From Patescibacteria group bacterium UBA6241 (GTDB taxonomy: Bacteria > Patescibacteriota > Minisyncoccia > Phycocordibacterales > Phycocordibacteraceae): 64,000 bases of DNA. Below are positions 18,107-27,683 of the stretch, piece after piece (within the stretch, counting starts at the first letter, position 1; each line of letters opens with the position of its first letter). The notes below the pieces were generated by a model. It saw nothing but the letters and a program-made list of their open reading frames with translations, did not search any database and was not told the DNA's origin. The translations under genes were made by a program, and so were the position numbers. The stretch spans positions 224,602 through 288,601 of the forward strand of contig DJWB01000001.1 in NCBI GenBank assembly GCA_002441425.1, in the 5' to 3' direction.

Positions 18107-19540
18107 ATGTCTGTACGAACTCGTTTTGCTCCAAGTCCAACCGGATTCATACACGTAGGAAGTGCGCGCACTGCGTTGTATGCGTGGCTCTTTGCCAAAA
18201 AGCACGGAGGTCAGTTTGTTCTTCGCATTGAAGACACAGACAAGGCTCGTGAGGTTGAGGGTGCTATCGGGCACTTAATGGAGTCTCTTAAGTGGTTGGG
18301 TATTCAATGGGACGAGAGTATTGATGTAGGGGGTCCCTACGAGCCATACCTCCAATCTGCACGTATAGACTCACACCAAGATTACGCACGTCGCCTTATT
18401 GATGCGGGCTTTGCATATCCAGACCCCTATACGCCCGAAGAGGTAGACGTATTTAGGAAGAGGGCAGAGGAAGAGAAGCGACCGTTTCTATTCCGTGATC
18501 ATCGCCCTGACCAATTTGAGGAATGGGATGGTACGAAACCATTGCGCTTTAAAGTGCCGGTTATAAAGAGGTATGAGTGGGAGGATGTTGTGTTTGGAAC
18601 TCTCTCCGCAGGTGAGGAGGCTCTGGACGATTTCATTCTCATAAAGGGAGATGGCTACCCAACCTATAACTTTGCACATGTTATAGACGATATTGAAATG
18701 CGTGTTACGCACGTCATGCGCGGACAAGAATTCATATCTTCAACTCCAAAGTTCCTCTCGTTATATGACGCTCTTGGAGAGACACCACCTATTTTTGCAA
18801 CACTCCCTCCAATTCTTGGAGATCAAGGTACTAAGAAACTTTCAAAGCGAGACGGTGCGAAAGACATTCTTGAGTATCGTGACGAGGGATACTTGCCTGA
18901 AGCTATGATTAATTTCTTGGCGCTTCTTGGATGGAACCCAGGCGGAGAGAAAGAGATTTACACACGCAACGAACTTGTAGCCGCATTTGAACTTGAGCGT
19001 ATTCAGCGATCTGGCGCACGCTTTGACGAAGAAAAACTTTTGTTCATGAACAGAGAGCACATGCGTATGTTGTCTGATGAAGCGTTCATAGAGCGCGGAG
19101 GGTTAACGGCGCCTGACACTGCAAAATTAAAGAAAGCAGTTCCACTCCTTAAAGAAAGAACCCATACATTTGGAGAAGCGAAAGCTATGCTTGCAGGGGA
19201 GCTGGCTTGTCTGTGGGAAGCCCCAAAACTGGCCAAAGAGCTACTTATTGCCAAAGAGCCAGCAGAGCGCCCAGACCTTACTAAAACAGCCCTGGAGGCC
19301 ATTTTGGAGGCCCTAGACGGCATTCCAGAGAGCCTTTCTGTAGAGGAGGTGAAGGAGATCCTCATGCCTCTCGCAGACGCGGAAGAGGCGAAGGGGAAGG
19401 GAGGAAGAGGGGCAGTGCTGTGGCCAGCTCGGTACGCACTATCGGGTCTAGAAAAATCTCCAGACCCATTTATCTTGGTATCTATTCTTGGAACAGAGGA
19501 ATCTACTTCACGCCTACGCACTGCGCTTGCTATACTGTAG
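18107..19540 (+). CDS. gltX: Glutamyl-tRNA synthetase
   Basis: Motifs RFAPSPTGFIHVGSARTALY and KLSKRDGA. Confidence 0.9.
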   Translation: MSVRTRFAPSPTGFIHVGSARTALYAWLFAKKHGGQFVLRIEDTDKAREVEGAIGHLMESLKWLGIQWDESIDVGGPYEPYLQSARIDSHQDYARRLIDAGFAYPDPYTPEEVDVFRKRAEEEKRPFLFRDHRPDQFEEWDGTKPLRFKVPVIKRYEWEDVVFGTLSAGEEALDDFILIKGDGYPTYNFAHVIDDIEMRVTHVMRGQEFISSTPKFLSLYDALGETPPIFATLPPILGDQGTKKLSKRDGAKDILEYRDEGYLPEAMINFLALLGWNPGGEKEIYTRNELVAAFELERIQRSGARFDEEKLLFMNREHMRMLSDEAFIERGGLTAPDTAKLKKAVPLLKERTHTFGEAKAMLAGELACLWEAPKLAKELLIAKEPAERPDLTKTALEAILEALDGIPESLSVEEVKEILMPLADAEEAKGKGGRGAVLWPARYALSGLEKSPDPFILVSILGTEESTSRLRTALAIL

Positions 19541-19543
19541 CGG

Positions 19544-20881
19544 ATGTTGAAGTTCCGTTTATTCTTTTTAGGAATCTGTGTGCTTGGTCTTTCTCTTTCC
19601 GGAATTTCTGGAGAAGTTTTTGCGCAGAGTGTGGACGAGATTAAATCTCAAATAGAAGAGCACAACGGAAAAATTCAAGCTCTTGAGAAAGAGATTAATG
19701 AGTATCAAAAGCAACTCAATGTTGTGTCCGGACAGAAGCAGACTCTGCAGTCTGCAATTAAGACATTGGATATTTCTCGCCAACAAACTTCTACACAGAT
19801 AAATCTTACGCAGAACAAAATCTCCTCAACAAATCTAAAACTTGAGAAACTTTCGTACGATATTGAAGATACTGAGCAACTTATAGCGCTTGACCAGCGC
19901 ACACTCGCAAAGTCTATTCGGACCATGGCAGAGACTGGAGATATTTCTCTAATTGAGCAGGTCTTTGCTTCCGACAACCTTACAGCTGCATGGGTTGCTA
20001 TGGATGACGCTGCGGCAATTAACGACGCATTGCGTGCGAACGTTGCAAACCTGAACGAAGCAAAAGAAAATCTCACCGGACAGAAAGAAGATGTGAGCGC
20101 AAAGAAGAACGAACTTACCTCGTTGCAGGGAGAGCTTTCTAACCAGAAGAAAGCGCTAGACGTTGCAAAGAGCGAGAAAGACAAACTCCTTACACAAACC
20201 AAAAACCAAGAGAGCACGTATCAGGCATTAATAGCTACAAAACGAGCAGAGCAGAAGGTGTTTGAATCAGCACTCTCAAGCCTTGAGAACAGTCTTGCCT
20301 CTATCGGAAAGGGAGCTGCACCAACTGCGCAAACTGGCGCGCTTGCGTGGCCGTACTCTTCAACATTCGCAGCTTCCTGCGCAGGGAAGGCGAGTGCTCT
20401 TGGAAACACCCGCTGCATTACGCAGTATTTTGGAAACACTGCATTCGCAACTGCAAACGCGCAGATATATAACGGTTCAGGACACAATGCCATTGATATT
20501 GGAATGCCTTCAGGTACTCCTGTACTTTCAGCTCTCTCTGGAACAGTTACAGCAACAGGGAACACAGACGCAGTTCCTGGCTGCTACTCATTTGGAAAAT
20601 GGGTTGTAGTGAAGCATCCAAATGGACTCTCAACCCTGTACTCACACCTTTCCTCAATTGGTGTATCCGCAGGACAGAGTGTAAGTACAGGTCAGTTCCT
20701 TGGAAACTCTGGTATGACAGGGTACGCAACTGGTCCTCACCTACACTTTGGAGTGTATGCATCTGCGGGTATTCAGATTATGACTTTGGCACAGTACAGA
20801 GGGGCAACCACTCCATGTGCACGGGCAACCATGCCTGTTGCGCCTAAGGATGCATACTTGAATCCTATGTCGTATCTCTAA
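19544..20881 (+). CDS. Coiled-coil M23 peptidase (EnvC/NlpD-like murein hydrolase activator or peptidase)
   Basis: Signal/TM segment, long coiled coil, and a C-terminal M23 domain (HNAIDIG, HLHFGV). Confidence 0.75.
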   Translation: MLKFRLFFLGICVLGLSLSGISGEVFAQSVDEIKSQIEEHNGKIQALEKEINEYQKQLNVVSGQKQTLQSAIKTLDISRQQTSTQINLTQNKISSTNLKLEKLSYDIEDTEQLIALDQRTLAKSIRTMAETGDISLIEQVFASDNLTAAWVAMDDAAAINDALRANVANLNEAKENLTGQKEDVSAKKNELTSLQGELSNQKKALDVAKSEKDKLLTQTKNQESTYQALIATKRAEQKVFESALSSLENSLASIGKGAAPTAQTGALAWPYSSTFAASCAGKASALGNTRCITQYFGNTAFATANAQIYNGSGHNAIDIGMPSGTPVLSALSGTVTATGNTDAVPGCYSFGKWVVVKHPNGLSTLYSHLSSIGVSAGQSVSTGQFLGNSGMTGYATGPHLHFGVYASAGIQIMTLAQYRGATTPCARATMPVAPKDAYLNPMSYL

Positions 20882-21509
20882 TTCTCCACAGCACTCTTGA
20901 AGCAAATGTTCTGTGCGGAGACCAGCGTATGGAGATAAGTTCTAGTTCCTTTTGGTGTATATCTTTTTCAAGTCCATAGAGCTGCTCAATAGATCTACGC
21001 AGTCCAAGATCGCCCGGAGAGAACACATCCTCTCTTTGAAGAGCAAACATAAGGAACATTTCTGCAGTCCAGCGTCCAATACCCCACACTGAAGAAAGTT
21101 GCATCACTGCTTCTTCTTCAGGGAGTTTTGTAAGAAGGAGGAGATTGAGTTTTCCGGAGAGGACTGCTTTTGAAAGTTCTTTGAGAGATTTTACTTTTGC
21201 CGCAGAAAGTCCTGCCTTGCGCAGCGTTGGGGCTCTAAGTTTTTGAATAGCCTCAGGGGTAACTTCTCCTTTGCATGCGTCTCGTACTCGTCTCCAGATA
21301 GTGTCGGCAGCTTTTGTAGAGAGCTGCTGACCAGTTATTGAACTTGCGAGCTCCGCAAAGAGTTTATTTCCTGTCTTTCTTCTGCGAACTGCCTTTCCAC
21401 GCAGATGCTCTGCGTGGGGCAGGGCAGCTGCGTACAAAATAGGATCAACAATTTTCAGATGATTTAGTGCTGCATCCACTCCCTCCTCCTTTTTGACAGA
21501 CATGGCCAT
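20865..21509 (-). CDS. HhH-GPD DNA glycosylase (AlkA-like 3-methyladenine glycosylase)
   Basis: HhH-GPD segment VWGIGRWTAEMFLMFALQREDVFSPGDLGLRR. Confidence 0.65.
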   Translation of the reverse strand: MAMSVKKEEGVDAALNHLKIVDPILYAAALPHAEHLRGKAVRRRKTGNKLFAELASSITGQQLSTKAADTIWRRVRDACKGEVTPEAIQKLRAPTLRKAGLSAAKVKSLKELSKAVLSGKLNLLLLTKLPEEEAVMQLSSVWGIGRWTAEMFLMFALQREDVFSPGDLGLRRSIEQLYGLEKDIHQKELELISIRWSPHRTFASRVLWRIRDTT

Positions 21510-21524
21510 AGTATACTGGCCTAT

Positions 21525-21719
21525 ATGGTTAGGTTCATAATCCTGCTCATTATCCTCGTCTTGGCACTCTCATACTTTGGGATTTCAATACGAAATATAG
21601 TTGAGTCTCCCACAGGCCAGGACAACTTCACGTTTGTCTGGGCACACATAAAAGAAGGCTGGGAACTCCTTGTGGTCTGGGTGGCAGGAATTATTCAGTC
21701 TCTAAAGAATATATTCTAG
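21525..21719 (+). CDS. Small 2-TM membrane protein (hypothetical)
   Basis: Hydrophobic 64-aa ORF. Confidence 0.3.
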   Translation: MVRFIILLIILVLALSYFGISIRNIVESPTGQDNFTFVWAHIKEGWELLVVWVAGIIQSLKNIF

Positions 21720-21721
21720 AT

Positions 21722-21979
21722 ATGGAAGGAGAAGTAAAGCAAAAGCAGATATCAATCGTCCTTCCTACGGACGCAAAGGCAGAATTTGTAAACGCAACAC
21801 AGGTTACGGTGTCAGATGATGCAGTGCTCATTCAGTTCGCATATGTACGCCCAAATTCAGAAACTGGCCAGTTAGTCTCAGAAATAGCACTTTCTCCAAA
21901 ACACGCCATTGAATTCAGCAGAGCACTTGATGCCACAATTAAGCAGCATTTTACTCGTCATCTGACGGATCAGGTGTAA
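21722..21979 (+). CDS. Small hypothetical protein (85 aa)
   Basis: ORF followed by a hairpin carrying the recurring ACGCTTCATCTT motif. Confidence 0.35.
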   Translation: MEGEVKQKQISIVLPTDAKAEFVNATQVTVSDDAVLIQFAYVRPNSETGQLVSEIALSPKHAIEFSRALDATIKQHFTRHLTDQV

Positions 21980-22067
21980 ATTCATGTGAGCCGCATGAAC
22001 GCTTCATCTTGCGTTCATGAGGTCTTCTATATAGTGACAAAGGATTATTAATCCTAAGACACAACAC

Positions 22068-22304
22068 ATGAAAACAACTTTCCTTGGAATCGCTGCATTA
22101 GCTGCAGTTATCGCAGTCCCAAGCCTCTCGCTTGCGGCAACATTCGCATATGTTAATCAGGCAGGTGAGGTTATGACTACTGAAGCAGCAACACCTACCG
22201 AGGCACTTATGACTGCACCAAACATTGATGAACACAGTGGCGTTATGCTCATAAACAGCTCTACCGACTCAGAAGTTGTTGGAGACAGCGTTAACGGAGT
22301 GTAA
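22068..22304 (+). CDS. Small secreted protein (signal peptide)
   Basis: N-terminal MKTTFLGIAALAAVIAVPSLSLA. A 38-bp perfect palindrome lies downstream. Confidence 0.4.
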   Translation: MKTTFLGIAALAAVIAVPSLSLAATFAYVNQAGEVMTTEAATPTEALMTAPNIDEHSGVMLINSSTDSEVVGDSVNGV

Positions 22305-22326
22305 TCACTTTAGTGATTCATCGCTA

Positions 22327-22364
22327 ACAAGGTCCTCCTGCAAATATTTGCAGGAGGACCTTGT
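22327..22364. terminator. Perfect 38-bp palindrome (acaaggtcctcctgcaaat|atttgcaggaggaccttgt), likely bidirectional terminator
   Basis: Read directly from the sequence. As RNA it forms a 17-bp stem. Confidence 0.5.
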
Positions 22365-22427
22365 CCGTTAACGCTTCATCTTCATGAAGATTACGCGATA
22401 TTTATTACTATACGTAAAGAGTATTAC

Positions 22428-23300
22428 TTGATAGACTACATGCATATGACTACGATCTTTTCGCGCGCACAAAGCGCCACACTTTTCCTTTTACTAATGT
22501 TAGGCTTCGGCTTCATACCAGCAGCAACTCATGCAGCTGAGGATGACTTAGGCTGTCTACTCATTACCAGCACTCCGAGAGGATACGAAGTATTTGAAGG
22601 AGAGAAGGACATTGAGATTCGTTCAGGAGAGCGAATTATCCTTGCATGGATTGGAATCAATGCTGAATCAGGTGAGGATCGTGACGGCACCTCAATTTCT
22701 ACTGTTGGACTACGTCTGTTTACCGCGCAAGGGAGCGGCTCTTACGATTTCACTTTTAAAGATGGGTCAGACGAAACAACCTGTACTGCTAATTTGCAGC
22801 TTGCAGGAGGGCAGCAAACAAACACCGTTGATACTTCAGACATAGATGAGGACGCGGGTGTTCTCTCTATTAGTTCCATTCCACTTCTCTCTGGAGGTGT
22901 AGCAGCGCGCGGTGCTTCTGTGCCAGTTGCATACATTAAGGTTGAGAACACAAGTACAGAGGCCGCAAAGATAGAAGGGTTTACTCTTGTACAAAATGGT
23001 TCTGCTGATACCGATGTAGTTATTGGATTTGCAACGAACGATGACAAAGGAGGATCTCGTTCTGTTATTGGAGGCAACGAAGACGACACTGTCTTTGACG
23101 GACGTGAGGCATACGTACCTTTGTCAGCAGTACTCAATCCAAAGTCATTCCGTATCTTTACACTGAAGAGTATTCTAAGTGCTGACGCGAGTGGGGAAGC
23201 AGGGAACACTCTTATGCTAGACGTTGATTCTGTTGATACTGGAGCCAAAGTATACGGGGCCTTCCCTATACGCGGCACAACTTGGAGACTCGGCTTCTAG
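22428..23300 (+). CDS. Secreted hypothetical protein (signal peptide, about 290 aa)
   Basis: Hydrophobic N-terminus ending AATHAAED. No recognisable domain. Confidence 0.45.
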   Translation: MIDYMHMTTIFSRAQSATLFLLLMLGFGFIPAATHAAEDDLGCLLITSTPRGYEVFEGEKDIEIRSGERIILAWIGINAESGEDRDGTSISTVGLRLFTAQGSGSYDFTFKDGSDETTCTANLQLAGGQQTNTVDTSDIDEDAGVLSISSIPLLSGGVAARGASVPVAYIKVENTSTEAAKIEGFTLVQNGSADTDVVIGFATNDDKGGSRSVIGGNEDDTVFDGREAYVPLSAVLNPKSFRIFTLKSILSADASGEAGNTLMLDVDSVDTGAKVYGAFPIRGTTWRLGF

Positions 23301-23336
23301 CCAAAACCAAGGCTTCTGCGGTAGAATCAGGGCCAC

Positions 23337-24206
23337 ATGACGTATCAAGTGCTTCTATTCTACAAATACGTAGAAATCCAAGATCCCGAGCTTCTAAAGG
23401 AGCAGATTCGGGATCTTGCTGCTGCACACTCTTTAACTGGACGTATCCTCGTTGCTAACGAGGGAATTAACGGAACTGTTGAGGGGGAAGTTGAGCACAC
23501 AGAACAATTCGCATCAGCACTTCTCTCTTACCCTCTATTTTCTGATATGGGTATTAAGCGAAGTGTAGGGACAGGAGATTCATTCCCTAAACTCTCTGTT
23601 AAAGTTCGTGACGAGATTGTAGGAACACACTTTGACAAGAAGATTGATCCAACAAAGAAAACCGGCAAGCGATTGTCTGCAGAGGAATTGCGCACGTGGT
23701 ACGAGGAGCAGCGTGACTTTGTTGTAGTTGATATGCGCAACGACTACGAATACAAGTCTGGTCACTTTAAGGACTCAATAAACCCAGAGCTGGAAAATTC
23801 ACGTGATCTTCCTAAGGCGCTTCCTAAGCTAGAGCCTCTTAAGAAGAAGACGGTCCTTACCGTTTGTACTGGAGGTATTCGTTGCGAAAAGATGTCTGCG
23901 TTCTTGCTTGAACACGGATTTGAAGATGTGTATCAGCTAGACAATGGAATCCATGGGTATATGGAGAAGTTCCCCGGGAAGGATTTTGAAGGGGCACTCT
24001 ACACGTTTGATAATAGAAAGACCATGGACTTCGGAGGAGACCGGAGTGTGATTGGCACCTGCTATTTGTGTTCGGAGCCTACAGAGCTCTATGTGAACTG
24101 CAAAAATGATTTCTGTCACCTGCATTTCCTTGCATGCGCAAACTGTCAGAGTGAGGACGGTACCTTCTGCTCAAAATCTTGTGCGAGCAAAATAGCAACG
24201 ACATAA
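23337..24206 (+). CDS. trhO: Rhodanese-domain tRNA U34 hydroxylase family (UPF0176/YceA/TrhO)
   Basis: N-terminal LLFYKYV...GRILVANEGINGT, rhodanese CTGGIRCEK, and a C-terminal Cys cluster. Confidence 0.75.
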   Translation: MTYQVLLFYKYVEIQDPELLKEQIRDLAAAHSLTGRILVANEGINGTVEGEVEHTEQFASALLSYPLFSDMGIKRSVGTGDSFPKLSVKVRDEIVGTHFDKKIDPTKKTGKRLSAEELRTWYEEQRDFVVVDMRNDYEYKSGHFKDSINPELENSRDLPKALPKLEPLKKKTVLTVCTGGIRCEKMSAFLLEHGFEDVYQLDNGIHGYMEKFPGKDFEGALYTFDNRKTMDFGGDRSVIGTCYLCSEPTELYVNCKNDFCHLHFLACANCQSEDGTFCSKSCASKIATT

Positions 24207-24249
24207 GTTTCATGAATGCTTCATCATACTCAGTGTAGAGTATGACTAT

Positions 24250-24579
24250 ATGATTCTTTCCCTTATCTTCGGATTTGTTATCGGTGCGGGCGCAATTATT
24301 TTCATCCTACAAAACACAGCCACAGTTGCACTTACCTTTATTGGTTGGCAATTTGAGAGTTCTCTCGCAATTGTAGTTATGCTCTCAATACTCGTAGGTA
24401 TTGTCTTTAGTCTCCTTGCATCAATTCCTAGCGCCATTAGAAGCAGCATGGCCATAGCAAGGCTCAAGAAGCAGAATAAGTCCCTCCAGGAAGAGGCTCA
24501 GAGCTACCTGCATACCGCTCAAGAAGCGACTGCACGCCTTAATGCGTCTTCAACTCCAACTCATCCTTCAGCGATGTAG
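24250..24579 (+). CDS. LapA/DUF1049-like small inner-membrane protein
   Basis: Two TM helices followed by a short coiled tail, in LapA-like arrangement. Confidence 0.45.
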   Translation: MILSLIFGFVIGAGAIIFILQNTATVALTFIGWQFESSLAIVVMLSILVGIVFSLLASIPSAIRSSMAIARLKKQNKSLQEEAQSYLHTAQEATARLNASSTPTHPSAM

Positions 24580-25053
24580 AAAGCAGGGAAGTACCACTCC
24601 CCCGACACTGGTTTCAAAATTGAGACCAATCGGGGGAGTCCTTATACCTACCTTTAACTGGAGGAATAGAGGGGAGACACCAGAAATGTCACACCCTCTA
24701 CATCAGACCTAGAACCATAGACAACGACAGGGAAAAGAAAACTTCTGCCAACAGACGAATACAGATCAGCGAACGCGCGGCTTATATAAGCGGCTATTTG
24801 TTTATCGTAAAAGGTATATTGTGCGCACATTAGAAACAAAGCTCTTTCTTGGCCTTTAATGGATTTATCCTCTGAGATGATTTGTCCCTTACTCTTCCCT
24901 GTTTGGACACTTAAGAAAATATTTCTCTGCGGTATCCTTGTCGCTACTTTTATCTTTAAAGTTAAGGAAACTTTATTTTGCATAAATCTGACCACTTCCC
25001 CGATTTCCAAATTCTGCCGCTAGGGAAGACCTAAGCGGGATCATAGTTGAGGG

Positions 25054-25347
25054 TTGACCTTCACTTCCCTATTTGCCATGCTTGCGATGGGCAGAAGGAG
25101 GTTGATCTTTGCCATGAAGACACTTCTCATTGCTGTTGAGATATTTTGCATTTTTCTTTCGGCAGTCCTCATTCTGTTTGGGATACTTAGCCTACTGAAC
25201 CTCGCATACATTTCAGCCAACCCAATTGAAGAGTGTGTGCGGGAAGTTTTACTTTCAGCCTTAAGCGTCCCTTTAATTCTTTTTGGTCTCTACCTGGACC
25301 GCCTTGTGCCTATCTTAATAGAGCGCAGGAGAATCAAATACCACTAG
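25054..25347 (+). CDS. Small membrane protein (hypothetical)
   Basis: Hydrophobic ORF followed by a hairpin terminator at about 25346-25374. Confidence 0.35.
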   Translation: MTFTSLFAMLAMGRRRLIFAMKTLLIAVEIFCIFLSAVLILFGILSLLNLAYISANPIEECVREVLLSALSVPLILFGLYLDRLVPILIERRRIKYH

Positions 25348-25817
25348 ACCGCCGCAGATTGCGACGGTCTTTTAATTTAGTAGCAGGCCAATTATCTAGC
25401 GTGCCTTCTTGCCGTAGTATGTTGCGCGAACTTGCTTCTTAACACCCTTTGCTGAGAAGCCTTTCTTTACACCAGGGCCCTGGAAGCCTGGAACCTTTTT
25501 TGATGCACTCATATGCTGCTATCCCTTTGTTGCAACGATAAGCACATGGAGCAAGCTAATAATAGTACTTGCAAACCCTGTCCAGAATGCGTACACCTCA
25601 AGTCCAGGCTGAATTCTCGTTCTTCGTTTTTTGTGGGCGCGTGCCATATACAAAAAAGAATATCACAGCTAGCGCAGTGCAGTGAGAATGAGCTGCACAA
25701 GGGAGATAAGCATACCCATGACTCCAGTTAGAAACGCATACTTTTGTAGCTTCTTGTTTTTCTTGCTGCGAAAGCCAGCACCCACAAGTCGCTTCTGACT
25801 GTAATCAAGTCCCATAC

Positions 25818-26606
25818 TTAACAGGTTACATTCTTTACTATGTACTCGTATGCTTCGTCCACAGAATCAACAACCTGGAATAGGTTAAGGTCTGCCTCAT
25901 CAATGTTGTGATACTTAGCAAACAGATGGTTCTTAAAGAGATCAACTATTGGATCCCAGTAGTCTTTTCCGTACAGGACTATAGGAACTGGATTGATTTT
26001 CTTGGTCTGCACGAGCGTAAGAATCTCAGTAAACTCATCAAGCGTTCCGTATCCTCCCGGGAAATACACATAGACTTCAGACGCGAAGGCGAGCATCACT
26101 TTACGCACAAAGAAGTGATCAAACGTAAACGAGCTATTAACATATTTGTTAAGTGACTGATCGTCAGACAGTCTGATGTTTAGACCAATTGAAGACCCTC
26201 CCGCATCAAATGCTCCCTTATTCCCTGCCTCCATAATTCCGGCTGATCCACCTGTGATAACCGAGTACCCGTTCTTGGCGAGTTTTCCTCCGAGCTCAAC
26301 GGCTGCCTCGTAGTATGGATCTCCAGGCTGAGTACGCACGCTTCCAAAAAAGGTTGCAGTAAGTCCGAAATTCTTAAGAAGATCAAAGCCATCAACAAAT
26401 TCGGCCATGATCTTAAATACTCTCCAGCTCTCAAGCTTCTGAGGCTTACAGACAAGAGGCGCAGGATTCTCTGGAACATCGCGCTTCCCTTCTTCAATTA
26501 CGCGCGACAAAATTGAACCCATCTCATGTGCACGCTCTCGCGTATTTGAGTGATCAGGAATAGTAATGTCTCCTGTTGGTGTTGAAATTATCGGTTGGTC
26601 TCCCAT
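25818..26606 (-). CDS. LOG-family (TIGR00730) nucleotide 5'-monophosphate nucleosidase
   Basis: Motifs VITGGSAGIMEAGNKGA and YFPGGYGTLDEF. Confidence 0.8.
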   Translation of the reverse strand: MGDQPIISTPTGDITIPDHSNTRERAHEMGSILSRVIEEGKRDVPENPAPLVCKPQKLESWRVFKIMAEFVDGFDLLKNFGLTATFFGSVRTQPGDPYYEAAVELGGKLAKNGYSVITGGSAGIMEAGNKGAFDAGGSSIGLNIRLSDDQSLNKYVNSSFTFDHFFVRKVMLAFASEVYVYFPGGYGTLDEFTEILTLVQTKKINPVPIVLYGKDYWDPIVDLFKNHLFAKYHNIDEADLNLFQVVDSVDEAYEYIVKNVTC

Positions 26607-27217
26607 GGAATATCGTATGTACTAAACTCGGGCAATAATTTTCTAGTATACGCTATGCGCGAGATAACTTCGGCATGGCAAAACGCTCCAGTGAGCGCAT
26701 TATGCGGTTTTGGTTCCTCAGGTATTCCGCAATAACGAAGCGCAGCATCAAGATTAATTGCTGAGTGCGCATGATTTTGTGGCGGCACAATTCCCTGCCC
26801 TGTCATGTGTAACCAAACGAGGGTATGCACGTCTATAGTGCGCTTTGCAAACGGACACTCAATACCCGCACGCTTGCATGCAGCCTGCACGAACTCTAAA
26901 TCAAAAGAAGGATTCTGTGCAGCAAGTGTTCTGTCCTTTGGGCGGTCTGTTGCCCACGCAACAAATGCTTGTACAAGACCCGCTTCTGTTTGCCTTTCTG
27001 GAGAAACAATTTCCTCTTCTGTAAACCCGTTTATACGTAGCGCATCCTCATCCACAGAAGCCCCCTCCCAGATGCGACACTCCTCATAAAACTGGTTAGT
27101 AGGATCTTCAAGATCCAGAGCACCTATTGAAAGAATGGAATGTGTTTCCGGCACGAGTCCTGTTGACTCAACATCTAGAACAATCATGCACGTATTGTAC
27201 CCTACAGCCCTGGGCAA
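26588..27217 (-). CDS. DEDDh 3'-5' exonuclease (DnaQ/epsilon-like)
   Basis: Motifs MIVLDVESTGL and HNALTGAFCHAEV. The likely true start is the internal ATG at about 27188 (MIVLDV). Confidence 0.7.
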   Translation of the reverse strand: MPRAVGYNTCMIVLDVESTGLVPETHSILSIGALDLEDPTNQFYEECRIWEGASVDEDALRINGFTEEEIVSPERQTEAGLVQAFVAWATDRPKDRTLAAQNPSFDLEFVQAACKRAGIECPFAKRTIDVHTLVWLHMTGQGIVPPQNHAHSAINLDAALRYCGIPEEPKPHNALTGAFCHAEVISRIAYTRKLLPEFSTYDIPWETNR

Positions 27218-27621
27218 TTTGCTGCAGGAGCATACCCTGCCGCCTCAGCCTCAGCTTTAGTTGCAAACCAGACCCTGTTTTCTGGCTTTATGCGGTTTGA
27301 GGAGCTACATGTTGGCAGATAGTACTTAGTACCGTTCTTAGAGGCCATGTAGGTGCCTGTGGTGGCCTTTGCGGCCTGCGCAGGAGCAGCCCCGACAGCT
27401 GCAGGCCCTCCCCCGCCAACAGGCACAGCAGGGACTTCAAACAACTCAAAGCTAATATCGGACCCTCCCCCTGAAAGAGCCTGGTCCTTCCCTGTTACAT
27501 ACCCAAGTCCAAAGGCTGCGAATATAGACCCAAGGAATACCATAACAACCAAAGCATCCGTTGGAACCCGGCCTAAAAGGGCCTTGCTCCTCTGTATAAG
27601 GCCTGGTATAGTCATATGCAT
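27202..27621 (-). CDS. Membrane-anchored protein with C-terminal Ada-like zinc-binding domain
   Basis: N-terminal TM segment and a Gly/Ala/Pro linker. C-terminal KYYLPTCSSSNRIKPENRVWFATKAEAEAAGYAPAANCP resembles the Ada N-terminal metal-binding domain. Confidence 0.45.
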   Translation of the reverse strand: MHMTIPGLIQRSKALLGRVPTDALVVMVFLGSIFAAFGLGYVTGKDQALSGGGSDISFELFEVPAVPVGGGGPAAVGAAPAQAAKATTGTYMASKNGTKYYLPTCSSSNRIKPENRVWFATKAEAEAAGYAPAANCPGL

Positions 27622-27683
27622 ATCAGTATATAGTCTTCAACAGGTGTGATGGGGTATATCCCCTCCCCTGATTTACTACGTGT

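Noticed and set aside
24654-25010. 118-aa minus-strand ORF inside the long non-coding gap
   Set aside because: Implausible composition and no SD. The region looks more like structured RNA or regulatory DNA.
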